Origin: Candidatus Aenigmatarchaeota archaeon
GTDB lineage: Archaea > Aenigmatarchaeota > Aenigmatarchaeia > CG10238-14 > SpSt-28
Assembly: GCA_038733315.1 (NCBI GenBank)
Contig: JAVYPJ010000002.1
Coordinates: 128,001-192,000 of the forward strand
DNA: 64,000 nucleotides
Direction of reading: 5' to 3'
Shown here: positions 49,325-59,059 of the stretch, one piece after another
How the letters are laid out: the number at the start of each line of letters is the position of its first letter
Position numbering within the stretch: position 1 is the first letter of the stretch
The notes under the pieces: model-generated
What the model was told of the DNA's origin: nothing
The model's input: the letters and a program-made list of their open reading frames with translations, nothing else
The model's database searches: none
Translations under genes and position numbers: made by a program

Positions 49325-50605
49325 ATGGGGATAGAGGAAATAAAGATGGCAATAGTAGAAAGAGAAGAGAGTATGCTAAAAACTTTTAAAGAGGAGAATA
49401 TTATCGAAAGAGAAAATTTAGAGTATGTTAAAAATAGTATAAAGAAAGGCATAGCAAACATAATAGTGGGAATTAGAAGATGTGGTAAATCGATATTTGC
49501 TTTTCAACTATCTAAAAACGAAAGTTTTGGTTATGTTAATTTTGAGGATGAAAGATTAGATATTTCAGCCGAAGAATTAAATAAAGTTTTAGAAGCTATT
49601 TATTCTATTAAAGGAAATGTAAATCTCTTAATTTTAGATGAAATTCAGAATATTCAAGGCTGGGAAAAATTTGTTGCTAGGATAATTAACGATAAAAAAG
49701 TTATAATTACTGGAAGCAATGCAAGGTTATTGAGCAAAGAGCTCGCTACATTTTTAACTGGAAGGCATATAGAATATAAGCTATTTCCCTTTAGTTTCAG
49801 AGAATATATAAAGTTCAAAGGATTCGAGTTTAAAGAAAAAGATTATTATATTACCGAAAATATTGCTAAGATTAAGAATTTGCTTAAGGAATATTTAAAA
49901 AAAGGTGGATTTCCTCTTGTAGAAAAATTTGGATTTATTTTTCTTAGTGAAAATTACAAAGATATAGTTGAGAGGGATGTAATTCAAAGGTTTAACGTAA
50001 AAAATGTAAGAATTTTTAAAGATTTTTCTCGTTATTTAATCTCAAACTCTACCAACGAAATAAGCTATAACTCTTTAAAAAATATTTTTAATGTGAGTGT
50101 AAGAACGATTTCAAATTGGATTAATTATTTAGAAACTGCATTCCTATTTTTTGAGTTAGAAAGATTCTCTCCAAAACTTAAGCAGCAAATCCTTGCCCCT
50201 AAAAAAATTTATTGCATTGATAGCGGTATTATAAATACTATTGCTTTTAAGCTTTCTGAAAATATAGGAAAGCTAATGGAGAATTTAGTAGCTATAGAAC
50301 TTCTTAGAAAAAAAAGTTATTGGTTCGATAATTGGGAAATCTATTATTTCAAAGATTATCAGCAAAACGAAGTAGATTTCGTTATTAAAGAAGGCTTAGA
50401 AATTAAACAATTAGTTCAAGTAACATATGCATCAAATAAAGATGAAATTGAAAAAAGAGAAATAAAAGCTTTACTAAAAGCAAGTGAATTATTAAAATGC
50501 AAAGATTTATTAATAATTACTTGGGATTATGAAGATGAGTTAAATTTTGAAAACAAAACAATTAAATGCATACCATTATGGAAATGGTTGTTAAAGCAAG
50601 ATTAG
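49325..50605 (+). CDS. COG1373 ATPase (AAA_14 + wHTH + DUF4143), copy 3
   Basis: GIRRCGKS, ILDEIQ, TGSNA, LTGR, GGFP, EVDFV. Confidence 0.92.
   Translation: MGIEEIKMAIVEREESMLKTFKEENIIERENLEYVKNSIKKGIANIIVGIRRCGKSIFAFQLSKNESFGYVNFEDERLDISAEELNKVLEAIYSIKGNVNLLILDEIQNIQGWEKFVARIINDKKVIITGSNARLLSKELATFLTGRHIEYKLFPFSFREYIKFKGFEFKEKDYYITENIAKIKNLLKEYLKKGGFPLVEKFGFIFLSENYKDIVERDVIQRFNVKNVRIFKDFSRYLISNSTNEISYNSLKNIFNVSVRTISNWINYLETAFLFFELERFSPKLKQQILAPKKIYCIDSGIINTIAFKLSENIGKLMENLVAIELLRKKSYWFDNWEIYYFKDYQQNEVDFVIKEGLEIKQLVQVTYASNKDEIEKREIKALLKASELLKCKDLLIITWDYEDELNFENKTIKCIPLWKWLLKQD
50354..50594 (+). repeat. Shared 3' block, copy 3
   Basis: Matches copies 1 and 2. Confidence 0.9.
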
Positions 50606-50830
50606 ACGTTATCAAAATTATCATCAAATCAAGCACATTTGAAATGTTCAGCAAGCTTATCAGCCAATTGTCTCTTTAGCTTTGTTATTTTTAACAAGTT
50701 AGCATTCGTTAAGATGCTCTTTTCTCCAATTGTGATGGAAAATTTTCTGTTGGATTAACTCAAGATTACTTTTATTAATAAGTATTCCGCCTTTACCCAA
50801 TCGCCTATTAATTTCAATTATTTCTTCTAA

Positions 50831-51848
50831 TTATATGTTTACTTTTTCATAAACAGCATGTAAAGGAAAAAATTCATAATAATATTTCTCGTCAAACCAA
50901 GCACATTTAAAATCTTTAACGGCAAGCTTTGTTCTGCTTGCTAAGGCTAAAGCGTAAATTGTTAATTGATTAATTGCATTTACTTTTTCAGCGTTTGGCT
51001 TATAATCTAAAATATGAATTAAGCCATTTCTTATTTGCAAAATATCTATGTGCCCAGTAATCGGTGTTCTATAATTTTCAAAATCAAAAGTAAATCCTTT
51101 GCTTTTAAAATATTTAATATCGTTTTTTGTTAAATAAACTGGTACTTCGCATGCTATTGTTGTGCTATCATTTATTAGCATAAAGTTTTGAATTGCTTGA
51201 TGCCTTTCTTTGTTTGTTTTTGCTAGCAATAAAGCAAATTCTGCCAATTCATTAGCTAAGTTTTTCTTTTCTACTTTCGTTATTTCTAATAGATTTGCTT
51301 TTATTTGGCTTGCTCTTTTTTCGAGTTCTTCATCTGAAGCTGTAAAAATGTGGTGAGGAAATTTATCGCTTTTAACAAATTCTAAATAGTTTTTTAATAG
51401 TTGAAACTTTTTTTTCTTGCAATTCCTTTCCTCTAATAGCTAGCTTTGCCTTGTGTATTTGGAAGTTATAAATTTGCTTGTGAAATAGTTTTTGCGAGAA
51501 TATAAGCTCTTCTTTTTCATATAATTCTAGGGCTTGCTTCCTAATTTTGTTAAATGTACATATTTTTGAATATTTCTTTACCCAATAGCTTATTGTTCTT
51601 TCTGGAATTTTTATGTGAAATTTCTTTGCTATTAGTTTCGATACCTCTTTCTGCGAATAACCTAAGTTATAGAAAGTTATTGTATGCAATATTATTTTTT
51701 CTGGATATTTTGTTTTCTTTATTTTTGTTAGGGTAAAAGTTTTGTTACAGTTTTTGCAGAAATAAAGTTGAAGTTGCTTAAGTTTTTCTTTTCTCACACC
51801 TTTTTTAATTATATTTGTTGAGCTACAGTTTGGACAACTTATTTCCAT
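50831..51848 (-). pseudogene. Zn-ribbon/HTH (IS1 InsA-like) + PD-(D/E)XK nuclease gene split by a 1-nt frameshift
   Basis: CPNC..CKNC and ERTISYWV HTH; deleting one base of the A8 run (51408-51415) gives one 338-aa ORF ending in EVPV..GHIDIL..ILDYKP..QLTIYA. Confidence 0.8.
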
Positions 51849-52038
51849 AAATAAATATTTAATTTTAGGTTTTAAAGTTCGCCGGCAAAATTTGATGCTT
51901 AAGCAACGAAAATTGCTGGTAGTTTGAGTTACGTAAATTGCTTTCGGAATTAGAAAAATTGAGGAATTTTGCTGGATTTTTCGGAGTTTTTGAGGTTTGG
52001 GTTAAACATACATAACACAAGCCGATAACCATTTTCAT

Positions 52039-55000
52039 CTATTTAATCTTTAGAGTACCTCCACCGCCGGTTATTAACAAATTTCCTTCTCCACCAGAAA
52101 TTCTTATCCAGGTTTCTTCTGGGCCTAAGGTTGCTGCTGGTATTTCCTCATTTCCTAAAGAAATTATTGGTTTTGGAGAAGTGTATTTACGAACTCTTAT
52201 CCAATCCCAATAGGCTTCATAAGCTTGTCCTGTATTAGCATCGTCATATCTTCTTCCTAAAACAATTGGTTCTGCAGAAACTGAGTTTTGTATATTAGTG
52301 ATATTATGGTAAATAGCACCAGTATTGTAATTTGTCACAAGCAAATCTACTGTATTTGATGACTTCACGGTAATTCTTGTTAATAAGTAAGTTGCTGAAG
52401 GTGGTGTTGATCCAAGCTGAACCCAACTACTATCATTTCTATAATAGTCCGTAGAAGGATGGTTCAAATAACCAAAAGCGTTAGATGTTGAAATGAAAAA
52501 GCCACCTACTTGATAACCGTTAGCTGGTAGGGATATGTAACGTGATTTAATTTCTAAGATAATACCATTACTAAAAGTAGCTACAGATGTTAAGCGTCCC
52601 ATAGTATTTGTTCCTTTTAATTCTCCATTAACAACACTCCAACCGGTCGCATTTGTTATAATCCATTTACTTGTATTCAAACTTGTTCCATCAAAATCAT
52701 CAAAAAATTCAAAAACTAAATCTCCATTACTCATAGAAGTAGCACTCGGATTTCCATAATACAAATAAATTATTTTATTTGAATTAGCAGGAATATTTGG
52801 AACTTTAATCCAAATTCTTGTATTATTTGTATTGCATCCACTTTCAATCCAATAATTTAATAAAGTTGTTCCATCGCTATCAGTAAATCTAATATCTCCA
52901 CAATCTGAACGCATTTTTCCACCAGATGATATTTGAGTTATTATTCTTTCGTTGCCAAGATTTGTCGTTGGTTCTGGTGAAGTGTATTTGCGAATTCTAA
53001 TATTATCAAATTTAGCGCCCATAGAATGTTGCCAACCTCCTATGTATATTGTCGTTATAGGATATGGATAGATTGCTTCAGAAATAGAATAAGTATTTAC
53101 ATCGTTCATTCTAACAGTATAATGAGTTCCATTAAATATAATAGTTATACGATGCCAAGTGCCATATGGGAAATCCAAGCTGCTAGAATAAAAATTATTA
53201 TTTACTCTAAGCTCTAGAGCTCTTGTAGAAGAATAATCACATAAAACACCGCCACCACCAATCATTATAGCGTTTGATGAGTTTAGTAAGAGAACTTCAT
53301 TATTATAACACCATGTTCCCGCCCACCAAGAGTTAAAATCTATTGCTATTTTTTGTGGTGATATCGGTTGAGGTAAATTTGAATAAAGATTTAAGCTGCA
53401 AAAACCTGATGTTAATTCTAAATATCTGTTAGAAGCACTATAACTTCCACAACAGTAGCTTGTACATATTTTTTGACCAGTATCTATATTCCATACAGGA
53501 TTATTAGTGTAATCACCATCTTCAAAATCATCAAAAAATATAAAAGTGCTAGTTCCATTACTCATCGAATTAGCACTATAATTTCCATAATACATATAAA
53601 TAGTAGTTCCTCCACTTGCAGGAATATTTGGTACTTTTACCCAAACGACTAATCTTTGGTTTGGAATAATTTCTTCAATCCAATATGGTAATAATCCATT
53701 AGTATCAGAATACGGATTATCTGTACTTCTACTAAAAAATCTTATATCTCTCCCATCATCTGATATTTTTCTTAATATAGAAGTGTCTGTTATATTAATT
53801 TTTATTTGATAATCAGTTAGTTCTGTACCAACAGAAGAAATATAAATCGGTAATTCGTAGATTCCTTCTCCCTCAATAAGTTTTTTAGTATTTATTGTTA
53901 CTAAAACTTGATAATCCTCTAAATTATTTGAATTTAAAGTATTATTTATTATTACAGGAATTCTATAGTACCAACCAGATATACTTGTATTTGAAATTGA
54001 AGTTACAGAAGGATTTCCATAATAAGCGTAAAAGCTTGTAACTCCAGAAGGAACTTCTACGTAAAATGTTGTTCCGGTTTCTTCATTTCCTATGGAAACT
54101 GTTGGTTCTATCGAAGAATATTTGCGAACAAAAATCCAGCCCCACCTTGCATCTAAACTATCACCAATACCTCTTGCGGCTCCAAACAATCCTATTCTTG
54201 CTGAGGGGGAGTTGAATGTAGATGTAGTTGCCGCAGTTACATCATTAAAATAAATTCTAAAGTTATTACTTGTATCTTTAATATATTTAACTCTATAAAT
54301 ACCAGGAGATAATGTTGTGGCAGTGAGTATACTAATTGTTCTTGTTCCACTTTCTTCCTTAACAACTCTTATTCCGTTACCACCCTGGTTACCACTCGCA
54401 TCCCATGTCCAATCAAAATCTACTCTATTATCCTTATCGTAAATTGTTGACAAACCTACTCTAATCCCTCTATATGTTGCGGTGCCTTGACCATAAGAAT
54501 AAAGATTTAATAATGCTTCTATAATCAATCCTTTAGTCAAATTAAAAGTAGTTACACTCCTAATACCCTTACCAAGCCATCCAGAAGTTACACCATCTTC
54601 TGACACAGTATTTACTGCTGCAGTTCCATAAACTCTGTAATAACCAGGTACTGAATTTTCATCAGCATTCAAATCGGTTCCTGTTATAGCAAATAAACCT
54701 GAATTTTCTGAAACATATCTGTTAAACGTGTTTGTTCCTACATCCCACTTTGTTGTGTTTACTATACCATCATCAAAATCATCAAAAAATTCAAAAACTA
54801 AATCTCCATTACTCATAGAATTAGCATTTGAATTTCCATAATACAAATAAATTGTTTTATTTGAATTAGCCGGAATATTTGGTACTTTTACCCAAATTTT
54901 TGTGTTTTGAATATATTCTCCGTTTCTTCTAATTTCTTGGCCATCTATAAATAATCTAAAGAAACAAAGTTCAGCACCACTTGCTTCTGAGCACCAAATT

Positions 55001-56172
55001 CTTATTTCATTTTGACCTTGAATTATATATTGGGTTATATCCCATGATCTTTGCGCAGTTCCACCAACATGACATATATTAGTCGATGGAGCAGAGCCTA
55101 AATAATTACCATTTATCCATACAGCATGACCATCATCACTTTTAACTTCTAAAACCGCATTTCCAAGAGTTCCGGTAAAATTAAAGTAAATCCTTACATA
55201 ATAATCACAATTATCACATGACCATACATCATATGTCCACCAATCATTAGTTCCATAAGAATTAGGTGTGTTAGGAAAATTGCTCATATCACTTATACAT
55301 GTTGTTCCAATTCCATAAAATGCACTCACATTAATTCTAAATCCATAATTCTCTATCCAATAATTCAATAAAGTTATTCCATCGCTATCGGTAAATCTAA
55401 TATCTCCACAATCACTTTTCATTTTATTTTGAGAAATTAAATTTTGAGTATTTATTGTTACTAAAACTTGATAGTCGGTTAAGGTGTTTGAGTTTTGAGT
55501 GTTGTCTATTATTATTGGTCTTCTGTAACTAAAATCTTGAAGCCACTGACAAGCTGTAACTTGATTATAAGAAAAATTTCTTGTCCAAAAAGCTGAATCA
55601 AAAGCTTTGCTATCGGTAAATCTTATATCTCCACAATCTGAACGCATTTTTCCTTGAGAAATCAAAGAGGTAGTATCCAAGCTAATTCCAATAATTCTTG
55701 GACCAAGTGGAAAAAATTGAAGATTACTTATGTTTATTCTACAACAAAAAACTGGATCATCATGAAACTGCAAAACAAAAAAACTTTCTTTACCTTTAAC
55801 ATTTCTTGCAATAATAGTTGCATTATAAGTTTTTCCCACTTCAACACTATGAACGAACCAGCTTGCTTGATAAATTCCTTCGTTTTCATTTCCAGAAATT
55901 AATTTTAAATCAACTATTTCAATTCCAGCCATATCAGCTTTTACACTTTCAATTCCATATTTATCTTTTACTGTTGCTGTAATTATCATCCAATCGCTCG
56001 GCTCAACTTTTATTGGCTCGATTTTTGCTTCTAAAATTTCTGGAGAGCTCGGAAAAATAATTTCGAATAAAAATTGAAATGGTAAAAGTATGTTATCTAA
56101 TAGAGAAGCTTTTGCTATAGAGATGAAAATTACCAAAAACATTAAAATAACTATTATTATTTTTTTCTTCAT
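52039..56172 (-). CDS. Large secreted surface protein with four DUF2341 units and ConA-like lectin-fold domains
   Basis: Signal peptide; repeated KMRSDCGDIRFTDS, WVKVPNIPA, YYGN, FFDDF, RKYTSPEP. Confidence 0.88.
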   Translation of the reverse strand: MKKKIIIVILMFLVIFISIAKASLLDNILLPFQFLFEIIFPSSPEILEAKIEPIKVEPSDWMIITATVKDKYGIESVKADMAGIEIVDLKLISGNENEGIYQASWFVHSVEVGKTYNATIIARNVKGKESFFVLQFHDDPVFCCRINISNLQFFPLGPRIIGISLDTTSLISQGKMRSDCGDIRFTDSKAFDSAFWTRNFSYNQVTACQWLQDFSYRRPIIIDNTQNSNTLTDYQVLVTINTQNLISQNKMKSDCGDIRFTDSDGITLLNYWIENYGFRINVSAFYGIGTTCISDMSNFPNTPNSYGTNDWWTYDVWSCDNCDYYVRIYFNFTGTLGNAVLEVKSDDGHAVWINGNYLGSAPSTNICHVGGTAQRSWDITQYIIQGQNEIRIWCSEASGAELCFFRLFIDGQEIRRNGEYIQNTKIWVKVPNIPANSNKTIYLYYGNSNANSMSNGDLVFEFFDDFDDGIVNTTKWDVGTNTFNRYVSENSGLFAITGTDLNADENSVPGYYRVYGTAAVNTVSEDGVTSGWLGKGIRSVTTFNLTKGLIIEALLNLYSYGQGTATYRGIRVGLSTIYDKDNRVDFDWTWDASGNQGGNGIRVVKEESGTRTISILTATTLSPGIYRVKYIKDTSNNFRIYFNDVTAATTSTFNSPSARIGLFGAARGIGDSLDARWGWIFVRKYSSIEPTVSIGNEETGTTFYVEVPSGVTSFYAYYGNPSVTSISNTSISGWYYRIPVIINNTLNSNNLEDYQVLVTINTKKLIEGEGIYELPIYISSVGTELTDYQIKINITDTSILRKISDDGRDIRFFSRSTDNPYSDTNGLLPYWIEEIIPNQRLVVWVKVPNIPASGGTTIYMYYGNYSANSMSNGTSTFIFFDDFEDGDYTNNPVWNIDTGQKICTSYCCGSYSASNRYLELTSGFCSLNLYSNLPQPISPQKIAIDFNSWWAGTWCYNNEVLLLNSSNAIMIGGGGVLCDYSSTRALELRVNNNFYSSSLDFPYGTWHRITIIFNGTHYTVRMNDVNTYSISEAIYPYPITTIYIGGWQHSMGAKFDNIRIRKYTSPEPTTNLGNERIITQISSGGKMRSDCGDIRFTDSDGTTLLNYWIESGCNTNNTRIWIKVPNIPANSNKIIYLYYGNPSATSMSNGDLVFEFFDDFDGTSLNTSKWIITNATGWSVVNGELKGTNTMGRLTSVATFSNGIILEIKSRYISLPANGYQVGGFFISTSNAFGYLNHPSTDYYRNDSSWVQLGSTPPSATYLLTRITVKSSNTVDLLVTNYNTGAIYHNITNIQNSVSAEPIVLGRRYDDANTGQAYEAYWDWIRVRKYTSPKPIISLGNEEIPAATLGPEETWIRISGGEGNLLITGGGGTLKIK

Positions 56173-56206
56173 AATTTTTAATTTTTTACATTATTTATAT
56201 TTATAC

Positions 56207-57970
56207 TTAACTTCCCAATATTATCCATGCTGTTCCATTACAGCCATAAAATTTTTTATCTGTTGTATTAAAGAAAATTGCACCCTCTTTTGAAGAATCG
56301 CAAACAAATGGTTGAAGTGAATGTTTCGGAACATAAAATACTACAGTAGCATTTATACTTCCTTTTACATCTAAAATTCCATCGCTTGGTTCTAATTCAA
56401 ATGGATTACTACTTACAACTAAAACTCTTCCTTGAACTTCTAATTGCTCAGTAGGTGTATTAGTATTTATTCCTACTCTTCCAGAAGAATCGATTGTTAA
56501 TCTATCGTAACCACCAGTAACAAATCTCAAAGTATCTTCTCCAGCTCTATAAATTCCCGTATTTGTATCACTACTAAAACTATAAGCTGGTAGAGATGCA
56601 CTTCCATCTGCTGCTAAAAATAATCTATCAGAAGTTATTACATTTATTCCTCCTATTTGCAAATTACCTGAAACCAAATTTAAACTATTTCCTGATGCTA
56701 AATCTAATCTATTAGCTGCTCCTCTAAAAAGTCGAACATCTGGAGTAAAAAATAAAGAACCGCTAATATAAGCATTTGAAGTTAAACTTAAATTACTTGC
56801 ATTAACCCAATTAACATTTATTATATTTCTATAAGGATCTATAACGTTTATTCCTCCTATTTGCAAATATCCTCCAGCTATGTTAAGATTTGTTGTTCCT
56901 GATATAGTTGTAGTAGCCCCTAATGTTATTCTTGTAGTTCCAGAGGAATCTATTATATTATTACCTCCAATTTTTAGGTTACCAGCAATATCAAATAAAG
57001 AAGAAGAAAGAGTTGCTATAGTAGAACCAGAACCAGCAAAACCAATTGTACCACTAGAATGACGATAAATTCCCGTATTACTATCACTACTAAAACTATA
57101 AGCTGGTAGAGATGCACTTCCATCTGCTGCTTGAATATTACCTACTATAATTCTGCTTGCTCTTACACTATCGCTGGCATTAATATTGCTTGCATTAACC
57201 CAATTCGAAGCAATCAGATTATTTATAGAAAGCAGTGGAGCATATATTGTTCCGGTAGCATTTATACTTCCTTTTACATCTAAAGTTCCATCGCTTGGTT
57301 CTAATTCAAATGAATTACTACTTACAACTAAAACTCTTCCTTGAACTTCTAATTTTTCTGTCGGTACATTTGTACCGATACCAAGATTCCAGCTTAAATC
57401 TTTTGGATAAAGAAAAGAACCAGTTAAATTCCAAAAACCTGCTGAAGGTTCTGTTATTGTGGTAATACAATCTGTCCAAGCCCCATTTTGATAACATCTA
57501 AATTTATTTAGGGAACTATCATAATATATTACACCATTTGTTCCTATTGGTTCAGAACTTGGTTGTAATCTTAAAGCTCCGGCAACATCCAACTTTGCTT
57601 GCGGATTGTTTGTCCCAATCCCAACATTGCCTGTAGTTGCATTAACAAACAAAATATTACTAATATTAACATTAAGCGGATAGCCTTCTCTAATAAAAAT
57701 CCAAGTACTACTATTATCCCAAGGACCTATAGTAGCGTCTGCTCTTTGCCAAGAAGATATACAATCGTTGCCTATGCAAAAGCTAGTTGCAAATACCTTT
57801 CCAGCTGAAATAACTCCAACATTAGTTATATTATACCCAAACATGTTGAGACTAGTATCTATAGGACAAATCTCAGATAAAGGATGAGATTGTAAAGGGC
57901 AATAAGAAAGTACAACGTAAAATAATGCTAATAAAGAAAATGCTAAAAACAAAAGAAGTTTTGTTCCCAT
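56207..57970 (-). CDS. Secreted tail-fibre-like (beta-rich) adhesin
   Basis: Signal peptide; NVGIGTNNPQAKLDV repeats; ADGSASLPAYSFSSD.NTGIYR x2; IYYD/IFFN..F.GCNG.W modules. Confidence 0.75.
   Translation of the reverse strand: MGTKLLLFLAFSLLALFYVVLSYCPLQSHPLSEICPIDTSLNMFGYNITNVGVISAGKVFATSFCIGNDCISSWQRADATIGPWDNSSTWIFIREGYPLNVNISNILFVNATTGNVGIGTNNPQAKLDVAGALRLQPSSEPIGTNGVIYYDSSLNKFRCYQNGAWTDCITTITEPSAGFWNLTGSFLYPKDLSWNLGIGTNVPTEKLEVQGRVLVVSSNSFELEPSDGTLDVKGSINATGTIYAPLLSINNLIASNWVNASNINASDSVRASRIIVGNIQAADGSASLPAYSFSSDSNTGIYRHSSGTIGFAGSGSTIATLSSSLFDIAGNLKIGGNNIIDSSGTTRITLGATTTISGTTNLNIAGGYLQIGGINVIDPYRNIINVNWVNASNLSLTSNAYISGSLFFTPDVRLFRGAANRLDLASGNSLNLVSGNLQIGGINVITSDRLFLAADGSASLPAYSFSSDTNTGIYRAGEDTLRFVTGGYDRLTIDSSGRVGINTNTPTEQLEVQGRVLVVSSNPFELEPSDGILDVKGSINATVVFYVPKHSLQPFVCDSSKEGAIFFNTTDKKFYGCNGTAWIILGS
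56346..57354. repeat. Intragenic direct repeats: 100 nt (56346-56445 / 57255-57354) and 67 nt (56549-56615 / 57065-57131)
   Basis: Direct comparison; only 2 mismatches in the 100-nt pair. Confidence 0.9.
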
Positions 57971-57995
57971 AAAAATTATAAATAAATTATTATTC

Positions 57996-58604
57996 TTAAA
58001 GCTTGCATCCAGTTATATTAGAAAACCAGTTAATATCTTTCAATCCAAAATATATTTTATCATTATACATTACCGCTGGAAACTGATCTATTCCATAACT
58101 AATACAACTACTAAGCATTTCCCCATCGCAATTAACAAAAATTAAATAGGAATATCTACCAAGAATATTTAACTGATAAGAAGTTAAAGTAGCAGCTTGC
58201 GAATAATTTTGAAAATCTAACAAACCATAAATTCTTAACCCCTTATCTCTCAAACACTCAACAAACTTTTTATACTTTTCTAAATTAACTACAGAACTTT
58301 TCAAGTATACAACGTTTTCTACTAATATATTTAAATCCCTTGAAACCCAAGCTTCATAGTAATTTATATTATTATTTAAAATAACTTTAACTAAAACTTT
58401 ATACATTTCACCATCTTTTTTAACGCTTTCAACGCTAACAACAGAATTTGGCATTAATAATTCATAAAACTTTTTAACTTCTATTTCAACATTTTTAACC
58501 TCGAAAATACTTTTAATAAACTCATAAAGAAAAATACCAATTATCCCACCAAAAATTAATAAAAATATTGTTTTTAAATATTTTTTAAACTTCTCTACTG
58601 GCAT
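57996..58604 (-). CDS. Membrane-anchored thioredoxin-fold-like protein lacking CxxC
   Basis: TM; FVECL..KGLRIYG, VNC..C..GIDQFPA, TGCKL. Confidence 0.55.
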   Translation of the reverse strand: MPVEKFKKYLKTIFLLIFGGIIGIFLYEFIKSIFEVKNVEIEVKKFYELLMPNSVVSVESVKKDGEMYKVLVKVILNNNINYYEAWVSRDLNILVENVVYLKSSVVNLEKYKKFVECLRDKGLRIYGLLDFQNYSQAATLTSYQLNILGRYSYLIFVNCDGEMLSSCISYGIDQFPAVMYNDKIYFGLKDINWFSNITGCKL

Positions 58605-59059
58605 GTTAAATTTAAATCTTTAATCTTTATATTTATATTAGTACATTGAGTTAAAAACTCTAAGCTTAAAATATTAGAAATTCCAGAAATGTTAACGTAA
58701 TAATTTTTAACAGTATTAGGCCTTAAAGGATTATTAACATCAGCAATGTTTCCATTTTCATCATAAACATCTAAGGTATGCATTTTTATACCATCAAAAA
58801 CAACAACCTTCAAATTATATAAATCTATATAACCATTATTTCTTAAAGAAAAATTTAAAGTTTCTGAAGTGCAATTCAGAGTTTCTGTTAAAACGATAAA
58901 AGAACCAAATTGACAAGAAACTTGCTTTTCTCCAACATTCTTAACTTCTTCTCCAGTTCTTTGAAAAAACTGAATGTACCAACTATAAACAAAAAATCCA
59001 ATAGCAAGGGTTACCAAAACTATTATAAACGTTGCTACATAAGTCGATATTATCTTCAT
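58595..59059 (-). CDS. Archaeal type IV pilin-like protein
   Basis: MKI/ISTYVATFIIVLVTLAIGFFVYSW, Pilin_N-like N-helix; LRNNG..L. Confidence 0.75.
   Translation of the reverse strand: MKIISTYVATFIIVLVTLAIGFFVYSWYIQFFQRTGEEVKNVGEKQVSCQFGSFIVLTETLNCTSETLNFSLRNNGYIDLYNLKVVVFDGIKMHTLDVYDENGNIADVNNPLRPNTVKNYYVNISGISNILSLEFLTQCTNINIKIKDLNLTCQ

Noticed and set aside
47618..50594. Shared 3' blocks as DGR template/variable repeats
   Set aside because: Differences are not adenine-specific (C/T changes are common), all copies are coding, and there is no reverse transcriptase in the window
51372..51848. Intact IS1-family element
   Set aside because: Downstream domain is PD-(D/E)XK rather than DDE, the shift needed is +1 not -1, and no terminal inverted repeats were seen
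40861..52038. Island integrated at tRNA-Arg
   Set aside because: Accessory genes start at the tRNA 3' end, but no duplicated tRNA end (att) or integrase was found
56207..57970. Prophage/provirus
   Set aside because: The fibre-like gene has a signal peptide and there are no capsid, terminase or integrase genes
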